Positions 52,434 through 64,000 of a stretch of DNA of 64,000 bases are shown piece by piece. Where the stretch lies: positions 61,566,001-61,630,000 of the forward strand of contig CM069139.1 of assembly GCA_035221665.1 (NCBI GenBank). The letters are read 5' to 3'. Within the stretch, counting starts at the first letter, position 1. Every line of letters starts with the position of its first letter. Origin of the DNA: Okamejei kenojei. Taxonomy: Eukaryota. Below the pieces are notes generated by a model. The model worked only from the letters and a program-made list of their open reading frames with translations, had not been told where the DNA came from and searched no databases. Position numbers and translations under genes: made by a program.

Positions 52434-55400
52434 TGTAGAGTAGGTACACGGACACCTTAAGGTCTTCACTACTTTATTAATCATACATCATATAGCCCTA
52501 GCTGTACGTGGTCTGTCACGATCACCAGAGAGAGAGCTAGGGGCGTGTGGGTTACAATTATACTAACTGGTGGGGGGGGGGGTTGGTAGCATGGACATCG
52601 TCAATATCAATTAAAGGTGTATACACATCATCTACATCCTTCCTCTACCAAAACAAACAGTGAGTGACAGGGCGACCACGTCTCATGTGCTAGGGTAAAT
52701 GCAAACAGTAAAGCACGGGAAAACAGAATCACATGTAATCGCCGTAACAGACCGGCGGCCTGACCAGGCGACCAGACCGGATCCGCACCTCGCCATCACC
52801 TCCTTCCCCGACGGGAACAAGCGGGGACACCGGGGCATGGTGGGGGTTACGGACAGGAGAACCCCTGGGTGACGAAGGCATTGGGGGGGACGGCGAAGAG
52901 AAGGGTGAGGAAGCCGGAGAAAGCCGGACAGCAGCCGGGAGGAGGACAGGAGGAGGACGAGTGGGGGGGTTGGCCCCAGAGGAACGGGCAAAGCACTGGG
53001 CCGCGACAGTGGCAGCAGGGGGGCATACGGAGCCGCCGGGGGACGGAGAGGCTCGTTCACGAGCCGGAGATGCTGACGGGACCGGCGGTACACCCTTCCA
53101 TCGTGGTTGACAAGGTACGAACGAGGGGAACCGGCAGAACCGACGACCATGGCCAGCTTGGAACGGCCAGAAGTGGACCTCATACAGACGACCTGGCCGG
53201 GGAGAAGAGAGCGGAGGACGCGGCAGGACCTGTCGTGGGAACGCTTCTGTATACCGTGTTTTTGGGCAATGCGTTTCCGGACCAAGGCAGGTTTAAAGAC
53301 GGAGGGGGACAGAGACTGCTGAGACACCGGGACCGTGGGCCTCATGACTCAGGACATGAGTCGCTGAGCCGGGGAGCCCAGGGCATGGTCGCGGGAGATG
53401 TTGCGGAGGTTCAGCAGGGCCAGGTAGATGTCGGAGCGGGATAGGCGGCAACGTTCCAACAATCCTTTAGCACTGCGGACCGCGTGCTCGGCCAGTCTGT
53501 TGCTCTGCGGGTATTCCGGGCTGCTGGTGTAATGACGAAAGTTCCATCGTTCGGCAAAAGCGCGGAACTCGGCACTGGTGAACTGGCTGCCGTTGTCCGA
53601 CTGCAGGCTGGCCGGTGGGCACGAAGTTAACGTTTAGGACTATCAGATCAGACGTCTCGTATGGATGCCGGGTTGTGGATGAGAGAGGCGCCCGAGACAG
53701 CAACAAACATGTGAAAGTGAAGCGTTGTAGCTGGAGCATCATGCGCTGGAGCCGGGAGGAGGCCATGTGTATCGGCTTGTTGAGGATGGTGACCAGAGGT
53801 TTGTGGTCCGTCTCGACAGTGAAGCAGTTGCCCAGGATATAGTCTTTGAATTTGGAGCAGGCAAAGTCAACAGCCAGTAGCTCCTTCTCAATCTGGGCAT
53901 AGTGTTGTTCAGCGGTCGTCATTGTGCGGGATGCGTAGGACACAGGCAGTTGCACCCCGTCATGGATCTGCAGGCAGGCGGAGGAAGCGATACCTGCCGA
54001 AGGGCGTTCTGAAGGTCGTCAGGTGCGAGGATCGCTCGTCTAGAGGTATCTGCCAGAACGAACTCTTGGCATCAAGAACCGAGAACACGGTGGCAGGGCC
54101 GACCTGTGCAGCAACATCCTCCACCGTCCGCATGGGATAGTGCGGGCACCTGATGGCCAAGTTCAAGTCCTTAGGGTTGATGCAGATCCGTATTTCGCTC
54201 GTCTTTCTTCGCAGCGACAACCATAGTAGAAACCCACCGGGTGGAGTCCGTTACTGGCTTCAGAATGCCCGTGGCCACCATCTCGCGAAGAGCAGACTCG
54301 ACCTTGCCCCTCATGGCGAAGGACACACGGTGCGAGGCACAGATGACCGGCGTGATTGAGGGCAATCCTGTAGCTGCAGGGCAACTTCCCCAGCTTCAAG
54401 TCAAGCCGGTCAGGGAATTCGGCCAGCGGATTCAGGGGTGCCTCTACCAGGTGGACATCACTGTGGAAGCTCACCACTCCGAGGTCCTGGCAGGCCTCCA
54501 CGCCGAGCAGGGGGTCACATTTACCGTCCAGCAGGGAGGGGCCGAGAGGTCTTCAGCACCTTGCAGTGGAGAGTGGCCATCCCCACAGGAACAAGTACGC
54601 ACCCCCATAGGCATGCAAAACAGCACTGTCTGTGGAAACGGGCTCATTATTTCTTATCTTCCTGAACAGGCTTGTTAACATAACATTAGCAGCAGCCCCC
54701 GTATCCACCTTAGCAGAGAAGGCCATGCCATTCGGACGGTCGGGTCCGTTATCAGAGCAGCTGCACCTCGCAAGGAAAACACACTCAGCTCGCTTTGAGA
54801 CGAGTCAGGGTCAGACGGGGGGAGATCATCGTGCTGGAGATGGGAACCAGACGCTGTATCATCACGTGTCAGGTAGCGAGACGGTTTCTGCTGTGGCTGT
54901 GCAGGGTTCCCACGGGAACGGCATGCTGCCGAGAAGTGGTTGGGCTATTTGCAGAAATTACAGGTTTTCCCTAACGCTGGGCACACATTAGAACGGTGTG
55001 AAACAAAGTTACAATTTGGACTTCGTTGAGGCGGTCTGAAGCCCCGCAGTGGGCTTGCCCTCTGTCGCCGGGGAGCATTGTACAGCGAGACTGACTGCGT
55101 GGACCACCGGGTCAGGTACAGCGGAGGAGACAGCCTCAGCTAAACGAGAGGCATTGAATGTCAGATCAGGCTTACGCAGCAGCTCAGAGCGCAGCTTATC
55201 ATCCCGTAGACCAAAAACCAAGATGTCACGGGTCAAAGTATCAGGGGTCAGAACATGCAGGTCACATCGGCGAGCCAGTTGGCGCAGCGCGGCCACGAAA
55301 TTGTCAATAGATTTCCCAGGGTTTTGACGTCGGGAGAACAATTTGAAACGCTCTAAGATGTGGTTAGTGGGAAGGTCACACATCGCCGTAAATTTAACAA

Positions 55401-55942
55401 GCAGACATACCGGGTCCTGGACACTCTCACCCTGTCCACAGATGAATGACTCCGAACGCTCGAGCACTTCGGGACCAGCTACATTGAGCAGCAGGGAAGC
55501 CTTGACTGCGGGGGCCACAGCAGGGTGAGCGATTGTAACATAATGCTCAAAGTCATGTCGGAACACACACCAGCGATGAGTGATGTCTGCATCGAAGACT
55601 AGGATGTCAGGTTTACGACAGGCAGAAGCCATCACGGCACAGGGACTAAAAAAATAAAACGCGATAGACTAGAGACGCAGAAAGAAGCACTTCCGACTGG
55701 AGGCGTGGGTTCGTATCCCACTTCTGACACCATGTAGAGAAAGTACACGGACACCTTAAGGTCTTCACTACTTTATTAATCATACATCATATAGCCCTAG
55801 CTGTACGTGGTCTGTCACGATCACCAGAGAGGGAGCTAGGGGCATGTGGGTTACAATTATACTAACTGTTGGGGGGGGGGGGGGGGTGGTTAGCATGGAC
55901 ATCGTCACTATCAATTAAAGGTGTATACACATATCATCTACA
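52434..55942 (-). mobile_element. Gypsy/Ty3 LTR retrotransposon A (Mag-like), internally deleted
   Basis: TG..CA LTRs at 52434-52636 and 55733-55942, TSD CTGGA, tRNA-Leu PBS and PPT AGAGGAAGGA. Gag ORF 55009-55635, plus fragments of RT (VLDAKSSFWQ), RNase H (YAQIEKELLA) and integrase. Confidence 0.95.
55698..55732 (+). other. Extended PBS: 35-nt copy of the tRNA-Leu 3' half including CCA
   Basis: TGGAGGCGTGGGTTCGTATCCCACTTCTGACACCA abuts the 5' LTR. Vertebrate tRNA-Leu(CAA/CAG) ends TGGAGGCGTGGGTTCGAATCCCACTTCTGACACCA as I recall it. Confidence 0.88.
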
Positions 55943-56800
55943 CTGGACAACTCGTCCTTTCCCACCAAAACCACCCCCTCCCCAGGCACCTTCCCCTGCA
56001 ACGGCAAGAGATACAACACCTGTCCCTTTACCTTCCCCCTCGACTCCATCCAAGGACCCCAACAGTCTTCCAAGCTCTTCCAACCTCATCTACTGTATCT
56101 GCTGTTCCAGGTGTCAACTCCTGTATATCGGCGACACCAAGCGCAGGCTCGGCGATCATTTCGCTAAACATCTCTGCTCAGTCTTAACCTACCCGATCTC
56201 CCGGTTGCTCAACACTTTAACTCCCCCTCCCATTCCCAATCTGACCTTTCTGTCCTGGGCCTCCTCCATTGTCAGAGTGAGGCCCAGCACAAATTGGAGG
56301 AACAGCACCTCATATTTTGCTTGGGTAGCTTACACCCCAGCGGTATGAACATTGACTTCTCCCATTTCAAATAGCACTTGCTTTCCCTCTCTCTCCATCC
56401 CCTCCCCCTTCGCAGTTCTCCCACCAGTCTTACTGTCTCCGACTACATTCTATCTCTGTCCCATCGATTCCCCTGACACCAGTCTGAAGAAGGATCACGA
56501 CCCGAAACGTCACACATTCCTTCTCTCCAGAAATAATGCCTGAATTACTCCAGCATTTTGCGTCTACCAGTAGAAATAACATTTTCTTCAAATTCTGAAC
56601 CTGAATAAATAACACTAAAGTCAATATGAAAACATATATAGGGTTCAATTGCAAAATAGTTTTAAAAAAGCAACTGAAGCTGAAAACTGCAGGTTTTGGA
56701 AAAATGGGAGGCAATAGAGAAAGTAGGTACAAAATGATAAAGCAGAATTTGGGAGTGAACTGTGTAAACAAACTTGCAAAAAGTTTGTGAACATATTTAC

Positions 56801-57054
56801 TTTAATGCCCCTGTCCCACTTAGGAAACCTGAACGGAAACCTCTGGAGACTTTGTGCCCCACCCAAGGTTTCCGTGCGGTTCCCGGAGGTTTTTGTCAGT
56901 TTCGATCTTTAGGGAGACTGACAAAAACTTCCGGGAACCGCACGGAAACCTTGGGTGGGGCGCAAAGTCTCCAGACGTTTCCTAAGTGGAACAGGGGCAT
57001 TAGGGATCCGCCTCTACTAGCAATTCCTTTCGCTTCATCTGCACTTCAAAGTTG
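56801..57054 (-). pseudogene. GPHN: Gephyrin C4a-like cassette remnant (QL*SADEAKGIASRGGSLK), split by a MITE
   Basis: 57054-57000 translates as QL*SADEAKGIASRGGSL. Removing the MITE at 56806-56999 and one 3-bp flank restores ...GGA TCC CTA AAA|gtaaat. 12 of 19 residues match the recalled mammalian QIRRPDESKGVASRVGSLK. The acceptor reads taa instead of tag. Confidence 0.85.
56806..56999. mobile_element. Palindromic Harbinger-like MITE inside the GPHN C4a exon
   Basis: TIRs TGCCCCTGTCCCACTTAGGAAAC...GTTTCCTAAGTGGAACAGGGGCA. Nearly the whole element is a hairpin. Flanked by TAA and TTA. Confidence 0.88.
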
Positions 57055-57347
57055 TTACAATGGGAGGGGTAAGTGTTAAGACAGAAGAATGAAGAAATGT
57101 GAACTTAAAAAACAAATTAGATATTTATTCACAATATGCAAGACATTTCATGTAATATTTCAGCTGTTACACCAAATATTACCATGAAAGGTTGCCAAAC
57201 ACTCATACCATTCTTTACAGACAAGGTAATTTTGAATAAAAGATCAATATTATGTCTGTTTAATCACCATTAGCCACACTTCAGTTAACTTTATCATGGA
57301 CTAGTAAAGCTTGCAGAATCCTGTCAATCAGTCAACATTGCAGCCAA

Positions 57348-57697
57348 TCAATTCAATTCAATTCAATTCAACTTTAATGTCATTGCACAGATACAAGTAT
57401 GGGTACAACGAAATGCAGTTTAACGTCAGTTCGTAATAATAGCAATATATAAATAGATACAGAATGCAGACAATATGGACGGAGAGACTGGAGAAATCTA
57501 TCGGTGGGACTCCGAGTTCAGCAGTGATGGTGTTGTTATAGAAGCTGTTCCTCATCCTACTAGTGCGGGACCTGAGGCTCCTGTACCGCCTCCCTGATGG
57601 TAGGAGGGCAAACAGTCCATGGTTAGGGTGGGAGGGGTCTTTGATGATCTTCCCGGCGCGTCTCAGACACCGTTTTCGGTGGAGGGCATCCATGTCA
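57348..57697 (-). mobile_element. Rex1/Babar-type non-LTR element 3' end
   Basis: RAGKIIKDPSHPNHGLFALLPSGRRYRSLRSRTSRMRNSFY followed by aataa-type sequence and a (TTGAA)n tail. Confidence 0.82.
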
Positions 57698-58213
57698 GAT
57701 GACAACAGTCTTCATCAATATTCCCAATATCTCACTTCAACACTTCTGTGTCCATATACATAATAAAAACCTGTTATTCCAGTCCCCCAGAAAAATAAAG
57801 GGACTGCCCCATTGACTGCAGCCCAATGGCTCTAACATTGGTTATAATCAAGTGTTTTGAAAGGTTGGTAGTTGATGCCATCTCTCTTGCACTACATTTA
57901 GTCTGTGATCACCTTGACAGCAAGGACATCTGTCAGAATGTGGTCAATGTTGTTCATTGACCACAATTCAGCCTTCAACACATAAGCTCATCTCTAAAGA
58001 ATACAATTTGATTTAGTTTTTGAAGACTATATACCTTTTTTCAAAATAAGGTGACTGCAAAAATAAAACCTCAAAACAAATTCCTTTGTATCAATGGGTT
58101 TTGCCTGCATAAGCTGTAATACGAGTTTCTGGAAGGTCCAGTACACATGTGACAAGGCCAGTAAAACTCATTATTTTCTCCACCAAGGCTGGCTTAAATG
58201 CAATAAGGGAAAC

Positions 58214-61200
58214 TGTAAAGAGCTTAAACTCATACAGGTTGAAAAACAAGCATCTTTATTATTCAGGTCATGATCTTGCAAGCAGGTCATTACACGTTCA
58301 CACTGCTACAGTTACTGGCAGGCAGTGGGCGAGTCTTTACACTATGAATGTTATAGTTAGGCGGAGTTATAATTACTAGGCATTCTAATTGGCTAAGATG
58401 CAATAGCCAATCTACATCTCTTCTCGTATAAATGAAAAACGAATAAAGCATTACTACTGCAACAAGTAAATAAAATGTTAAATCGCCACATCTAATAATA
58501 ATGGGGTTAAACATAATCACTATATCTAACAGGTGGCTTGCTAACTAACCCACCCGGTCCTCGTACGGTATGGAACTGCCTCATCAACCTTTTCCTCCGT
58601 TCAGTGAGCCCGACGGTCTATGGGGGGATACCGTAGGGGAACCAATGGAAGACTGTCGCGGGGAAACCGGAGAACCGGATACAAAAGGTGGCATGGGGGC
58701 AGACCGACGCGGGGGGTGGATGGGACTGGCAGCGGCAGATGCTGGAACAGCAATCACTTTAAAAGTTGAGCGGTGGGGCATCAGGACCCTGGAGCGCCGG
58801 ACGCCGTTCCTTCACAGGAAGGAGGTGTTGACGGTTGCGTCTATAGATGGTGCCGCCGACATCGACCAGGTAGGAATGCGGTTCCTGTGAGGGTCCATAA
58901 ATGTACCCCAGTTTGGTATGTCCTTTGTCTGTTTGTAGTCGGAACTTAAATGAGAGGCTTAAGTGGTCTGCTGGTATTGTTATAACTCCGTTTCTGCGCG
59001 TCACGTTTAGACTGTACTCGTTCTTGAACTACAGTGGGGGTGACAACTTTAGGTTTTAGTTGATCTTGGGCGACGGACAACGGGGGTCGCGTTCGGCAGA
59101 ACATCAGGCGCTGGGCTGGAGAACTGAGAATGTTCTCATATCTCTAGCAATATTTCGCAGGTTCAACATCAGATTTAGCTAGGTAGGAGCGCTCCATGAG
59201 TTGATTGGCGCTCCGAACAGCACGCTCGGCAAGTCCATTGGACTGTGGATATTCTGGGCTGCTGGTCACATGTCGAAAGTTCCATCGCTTTGCAAAGTCT
59301 TTGAACTTTTGACTAGTGAATTGGGTCCCATTGTCAGTCTGGAGATAAGCTGGAATTCCATGTGCAGCAAAATGGATCCTGAGCTTTTGGATGACTATCT
59401 CTGAGGAGATGGTTGGCAGAAAGTAAATTTCAAACCAGTTAGAGTACGAGTCCACAAACACGAGATAGTGCTTCCCGTGCCAGTCAAGGATATCGGCAGC
59501 CACCAATGACCAGGGTAGAGGGGGAGCCGGTTGAGACAGCAGGAGTTGTTTTTGCTGGAGTGGTACCTGTCTGTTACAGATCGTGCATGATTCTGATTTC
59601 TCCCGAATGTACTTGGTCATTCTGGGCCAATAAATCATTTATTTTGCAAGCTGTAAGGTAGCCTCCATGCCTGGATGACCACCGTGGATGACCGTCTTGT
59701 GACCCTTGACAATCCTGTACTCCATCCTGTAGTACTAGTTCGTCACGCACCAGGAAGTATGGTCGTAATTCAGCGGGAAGTGCTAGATTGTTTGTTTGGC
59801 CACCCACCTTTGATGATGGAAGTCAGCAGTTGGGAGGTTTTGCCTGCGGTGTATTCAGCGAGGCGGCGCAAGTGGTTGGTGGGAACAAATGAGACTTTCA
59901 GAATGGAGAATTTGTCCTGTTCAAATGGGTGTTGTTCGCTGGTGGTGCGTTGAGCTCTAGTTAGAGGGTTTGCGATGTGCATGTCTTTACCTTTTTTGTA
60001 GACAATGCGAAAATCGAACTGTTGTAGCTGCATCATCATACGTTGGAGCCTGGCTGGGGCAGCATGAATCAGTTTCCTCAGGGTGGTGACGTGGTTAATG
60101 ATCAGTCTCAACTGTGAAGGTTTTGCCAAAAAAGAATGTCTCTGAATTTGGAACAGCCAAAAACCACGGCAAGCAGTTCTTTCTCTATATATGCGTACCG
60201 TTGTTCAGTATCAGTTAGGGTGCGCGATGCGTAGGGCACGTAGGTCGCCGTTGAAAGAAGTTTGCAGACATGCAGCGCCTGTTCCGTACTGGGATGCATC
60301 GCAGGTGAGTGTGACAGGCAGATTGATGTTGAAATATGCCAGGGTTGGTGCACTGGCGAGCTGTAATTTTAAAGTCGCAAAGAATCGATGTGATGGGTAC
60401 CAGGGCCAGGTGTTGTCTTTGTGGGTCAATTGACATCGTGGGGCTGACAATTCACTGAGATTGGGGATGAATTTACCCAAGTAATTGACCATACCCAAAA
60501 ATCGTTGAAGGCTGGTGACGTCGGTTGGTACTGGCAGCTCGTTAATTGCTGGAGTCTTCAATGGGTCAGGTTTTAACCCGTTGCTGGTGAATACGTGACC
60601 GACGTAGGTGACTTCTGGAACTCTGAACTTGCATTTCAGAGGGTTGAGTTTTAGATTAATATCTCTGGCACGGTTCAACATCCTTCGTAGGTTGGCATCG
60701 TGTTCGGTTTCGTATCTGCCGTTTACGAGGATATCGTCAACAATGATGGCACAAGGAAATTCGGCGAACAGCTGTTCCATTGTGCGCTGGAAGACTTCGC
60801 TGTCAGAGTTGATACCAAAAGGCATTCTTAGAAATCGGTAGCGGCCGAATGGGGTGGAGAAAGTTGTGAGAGCGGATGACGCAGGATCTAACAGGGTTTG
60901 CCAAAAGGAGTTCTTAGCATCTAAAACTGAGACGATAGTTGTGTTACCAATCTTTGCCGCTACATCTTCAATGGTTCTCATCGGGTAGTGTTGGCGTTTG
61001 ATTGCCGTGTTCAAATCTTTGGGATTGATGCAGATGCGAAATTCCTTCTTGACTTTCTTGGTGGTGATGACTATGTTGGAGACCCAATCGAAGGGTTCGC
61101 TGACCTCGGCAATGATTCCGATAGAGACCATTTATGACTCCGATAGAGACGTTTTAGTTCATCGTGTACTTTCTCTCGCATGCCGTGGGGGACGCGGTGA

Positions 61201-62902
61201 GGTGCACGAATAATCGGGGTGACTGTGTGGTCAACAGAGATTTTGTATATTGTTGGTAGCTTGCCGGGTTTGTCGTCAAACAAGTCCTTGTAGTTGGATA
61301 GCATATGTTGTGCTGGTCCTTCCGTCAAACAGAGTTTGTGGACAGCACGCCCAAAATAAACCAGACCCAAGTCATGGCAGGCATTGATGCCAAGCAGGGT
61401 TTCCGAGCTTGGTTGGACAATGTAAAAAAGTAAGTTCTTTGTCTGCTCATTGATGATCAGCTTTACCCAACGGAAGAAGAATTTCCCCTCCGTAAGCATG
61501 TAAGGTGGAGGAGTCTTTTTTCATGAGCTCAGTGGTTCTTATCTTGTTGAACGCTTTGAGTGACATGACGTTTACCCTGGCGCCGGTCATGACTTTGACG
61601 ATCAGAGGTTTGTTACTGATTATCATGGTCACCGCAGGATCAGTTACTACGTTTGAGGTTCGCAGGTTTAGGGAAAGTACGGTCTGAGCATCTGAGTTAT
61701 CAGAGTTGACTCAGCGTCTGAGTTATCAGAGTTGTTCCCGTGGGAAGATTTGTCCTGTCCATGGGAATCAGAATCGGACGCGTCTTGTTGAATCAGGTGC
61801 AGCTTCGTCCTTGAAGCTGTACTCCTACTAGATCGACAACAATTAGCAAAGTGGTTGAGTTTCTTGCACTTATGACATACTTTCCCATGGGCTACACAAA
61901 ACTGGCGCCCCCCTCCGGTGGAAATAGTTACAGCTAGAGCAACTCGTGGCAGGCACTTTCTGATCTTTGCAAGATGCATTGAGAAATCTTTGTGGAGAAT
62001 AGCTAGCCAGATTCACTTTAAGTTGTTGATTAAGGTTACCACTATCAAAGTCAGCAAGTGGTGTTACAGTCTCAGCCATTCGACAAGCATGAATTGCTTG
62101 CTCCAGAGTCAGATCAGCATTCCGCAGCAATTCGGCTCATAATTCGGCGGTGGCTCATTCCTCCCACAATTTTATCACGTACTAGCTTATTTGTCAACTC
62201 AACAAATCTGCAATGAGAGCTGATATGTCTCAGATCACTGATGAATCGTTCCACAGGCTCATTAGCCTGTATCATACGGCAAAGAATCTCGTTCTCTCGA
62301 GGATGCTGTTAAATGGCAGATCACATGGTTCTCTGAACTTCCTCAGCAGAACCATAGAGTTGTCAATACTTTCAGCCGGCACCACTACCAGACCATTCCC
62401 GTCTAGTTGAGCTGGTGCGAAATCAAAAGAGTCAGCGCGGATCATAGCCTCTGGACCCGCTATATTCAGCAACAACGAAGCTTTCAAATTATCGGGATCA
62501 TTTTGGTGAATGATGCGGATATAATGAGAGTAGTCCTTCTCAAACATTTGCCAACGCTCAGCAATATCGGAATGAAACACGAGCGGGCTGGGTTTCCGAC
62601 AAGAGTTAGCCATGTCGTCAAAATCACACAAATAAAAACTGATAAACAAAATAAATCGCGATAGATAGACGCGGGCTAGACACGATTTTCTGACACCATG
62701 TAAAGAGCTCAAACTCACACAGGTTGAAACACAAGCATCTTTATTATTCAGGTCATAATCTTGCAAGCAGGTCATTACACGTTCACGCTGCTACAGTTAC
62801 TGGCAGGCAGTGGGCGAGTCTTTACACTATGAATGTTATAGTTAGGCGGAGTTATAATTACTAGGCATTCTAAATTGGCTAACATGCAATAGCCAATCTA
62901 CA
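58214..62902 (-). mobile_element. Gypsy/Ty3 LTR retrotransposon B (Mag-like), near full length but frameshifted
   Basis: LTRs at 58214-58416 and 62699-62902 (I count 6 substitutions and 1 indel). TSD GAAAC/GAAGC, short PBS TGGTGTCAGAA, gag with a CHKCKKLNHFANCC knuckle, RT 60211-61131 (IVDD), RNase H, and integrase 59144-59638. Confidence 0.96.
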
Positions 62903-64000
62903 GAAGCCATATGTACAAGTTGACATTATATACTACTTTCACTAATCATGTTTACATTTTCTAAGCACAAATACCCACTCTGTTGGCTTATTAATTGAAA
63001 TGTTGTGGGGTTTTTTAATCCACCCATTGGATGGAAGTAGCCAAAATTGTCTTTTGAAATGTTACTGCCTGTCACTGCTGACTTCCATTGGATACTTTGG
63101 TATAACTGAATACAAACCCAAAAGATGAAAGAATACCAAGGAAAGCCAGCTCCATGGTGATTTACTAAAATGCTGAATAATTATTATTCCCACAAGGACA
63201 ATAAAATTATTTCAAGATTAAAACATTCTATTTTGTGTATATGGAAAATCCATCTCTACATATATATAAGCAAAATCATTCAGCAATGATTCTTCAGAGA
63301 CTGTTTTCCATGGATTGAAACAATGTTCAATAATACTGTTCAATGCTACATTATAAAGACATTTATCTAATTTACACTTGAAACTATTTACTTTTTCTGT
63401 GTGCCAAATTCAACACTGAGCATTAATTGCATAAATCTGGAAATTGCTGAATGTCCATTGAGCAATCCAATTCAATTTTCCTGTTGGTGTTATTGAATTC
63501 TGTCCTGCTCCAATATCTCAGGTGAGTGATGGGGCAATGAGTATCATAGGGAATTTTTAGTAAGGCATGGTTGATAATAAATTTGTCAACTAATGAGCAT
63601 GCTACTAATAGCATTCCATGTAATGTTTACAGCACATGGCATTATATATCCCTCCTTCTATTTCATATGATACCGGAAGATAGCCAGTTCTTTAAAATAT
63701 CATGAAAGGACATTTATAAAATAACTTATGTCATACAAAGCAGCATTTCTTACCGTGGTACTATCTGACAGTTGCTACTGTGGAATATTATTTCAACAAT
63801 GTTAAGAGCCACATCATATGATGCTTACTGACCAATACTTCACATGATAACGTGATTTAAATTTGGGCACAACTAGCCACATTTTTCAATTTGGAATGTC
63901 TGTCAAAGTACAATCTCACTCTGGAATTTCAAGCACAAAATTCAAGTTGCCATTCCAGTATAATACCGAGTAAGTGCTTCATTGAACTATCTTTTGTATG

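Larger units (their letters stand above)
51120..56567 (+). mobile_element. Degenerate Penelope-like element (RT + GIY-YIG), split by a hAT MITE and a Gypsy element
   Basis: RT motifs LQIQGVVMGSRMGPSY, YIDN (degenerate YIDD) and FLDL at 51328-51673. GIY-YIG motif NLIYCICCSRCQLLYIGDTKRRLGDHF at about 56080-56170. Terminal hammerhead-like motif at 56484-56511. Confidence 0.9.

Noticed and set aside
52683-54991. Many overlapping GC-rich ORFs on both strands
   Set aside because: Alternate frames of decayed Gypsy pol.
55692-55732. tRNA-Leu gene
   Set aside because: Only the 3' half is present, it includes the post-transcriptional CCA, and it abuts an LTR, so it is a PBS.

Overview
Vertebrate genomic DNA. 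The CR1/V-SINE/Penelope repeat spectrum suggests a cartilaginous fish, probably a skate or ray (inference). The window appears to lie entirely inside introns of the gephyrin gene (GPHN, minus strand). I recognise the 43-nt constitutive exon VQSRCSSKENILRA (16415-16457) and homologues of all four alternatively spliced C4 linker cassettes in the expected order. C4d (17164-17226) and C4c (44922-44963) are intact. C4b (45963-46034) has an in-frame TAG. C4a (56801-57054) has lost its acceptor AG, has a TGA, and is split by a palindromic MITE. None of these micro-exons is in the ORF track; the cassette names and mammalian peptides are recalled from memory and need an alignment check. The rest is transposable elements: CR1 LINEs (one with a nearly intact RT), V-SINE-type SINEs, a DIRS1-type tyrosine-recombinase retrotransposon nested in a CR1, two Gypsy LTR elements, a Penelope element with hammerhead-like motifs, hAT and Harbinger-like MITEs, and a hAT element carrying a possible captured coding fragment. 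One Gypsy element has a 35-nt tRNA-Leu copy as its primer-binding site, with its only mismatch exactly at m1A58. There is an assembly gap at 14332-14519.
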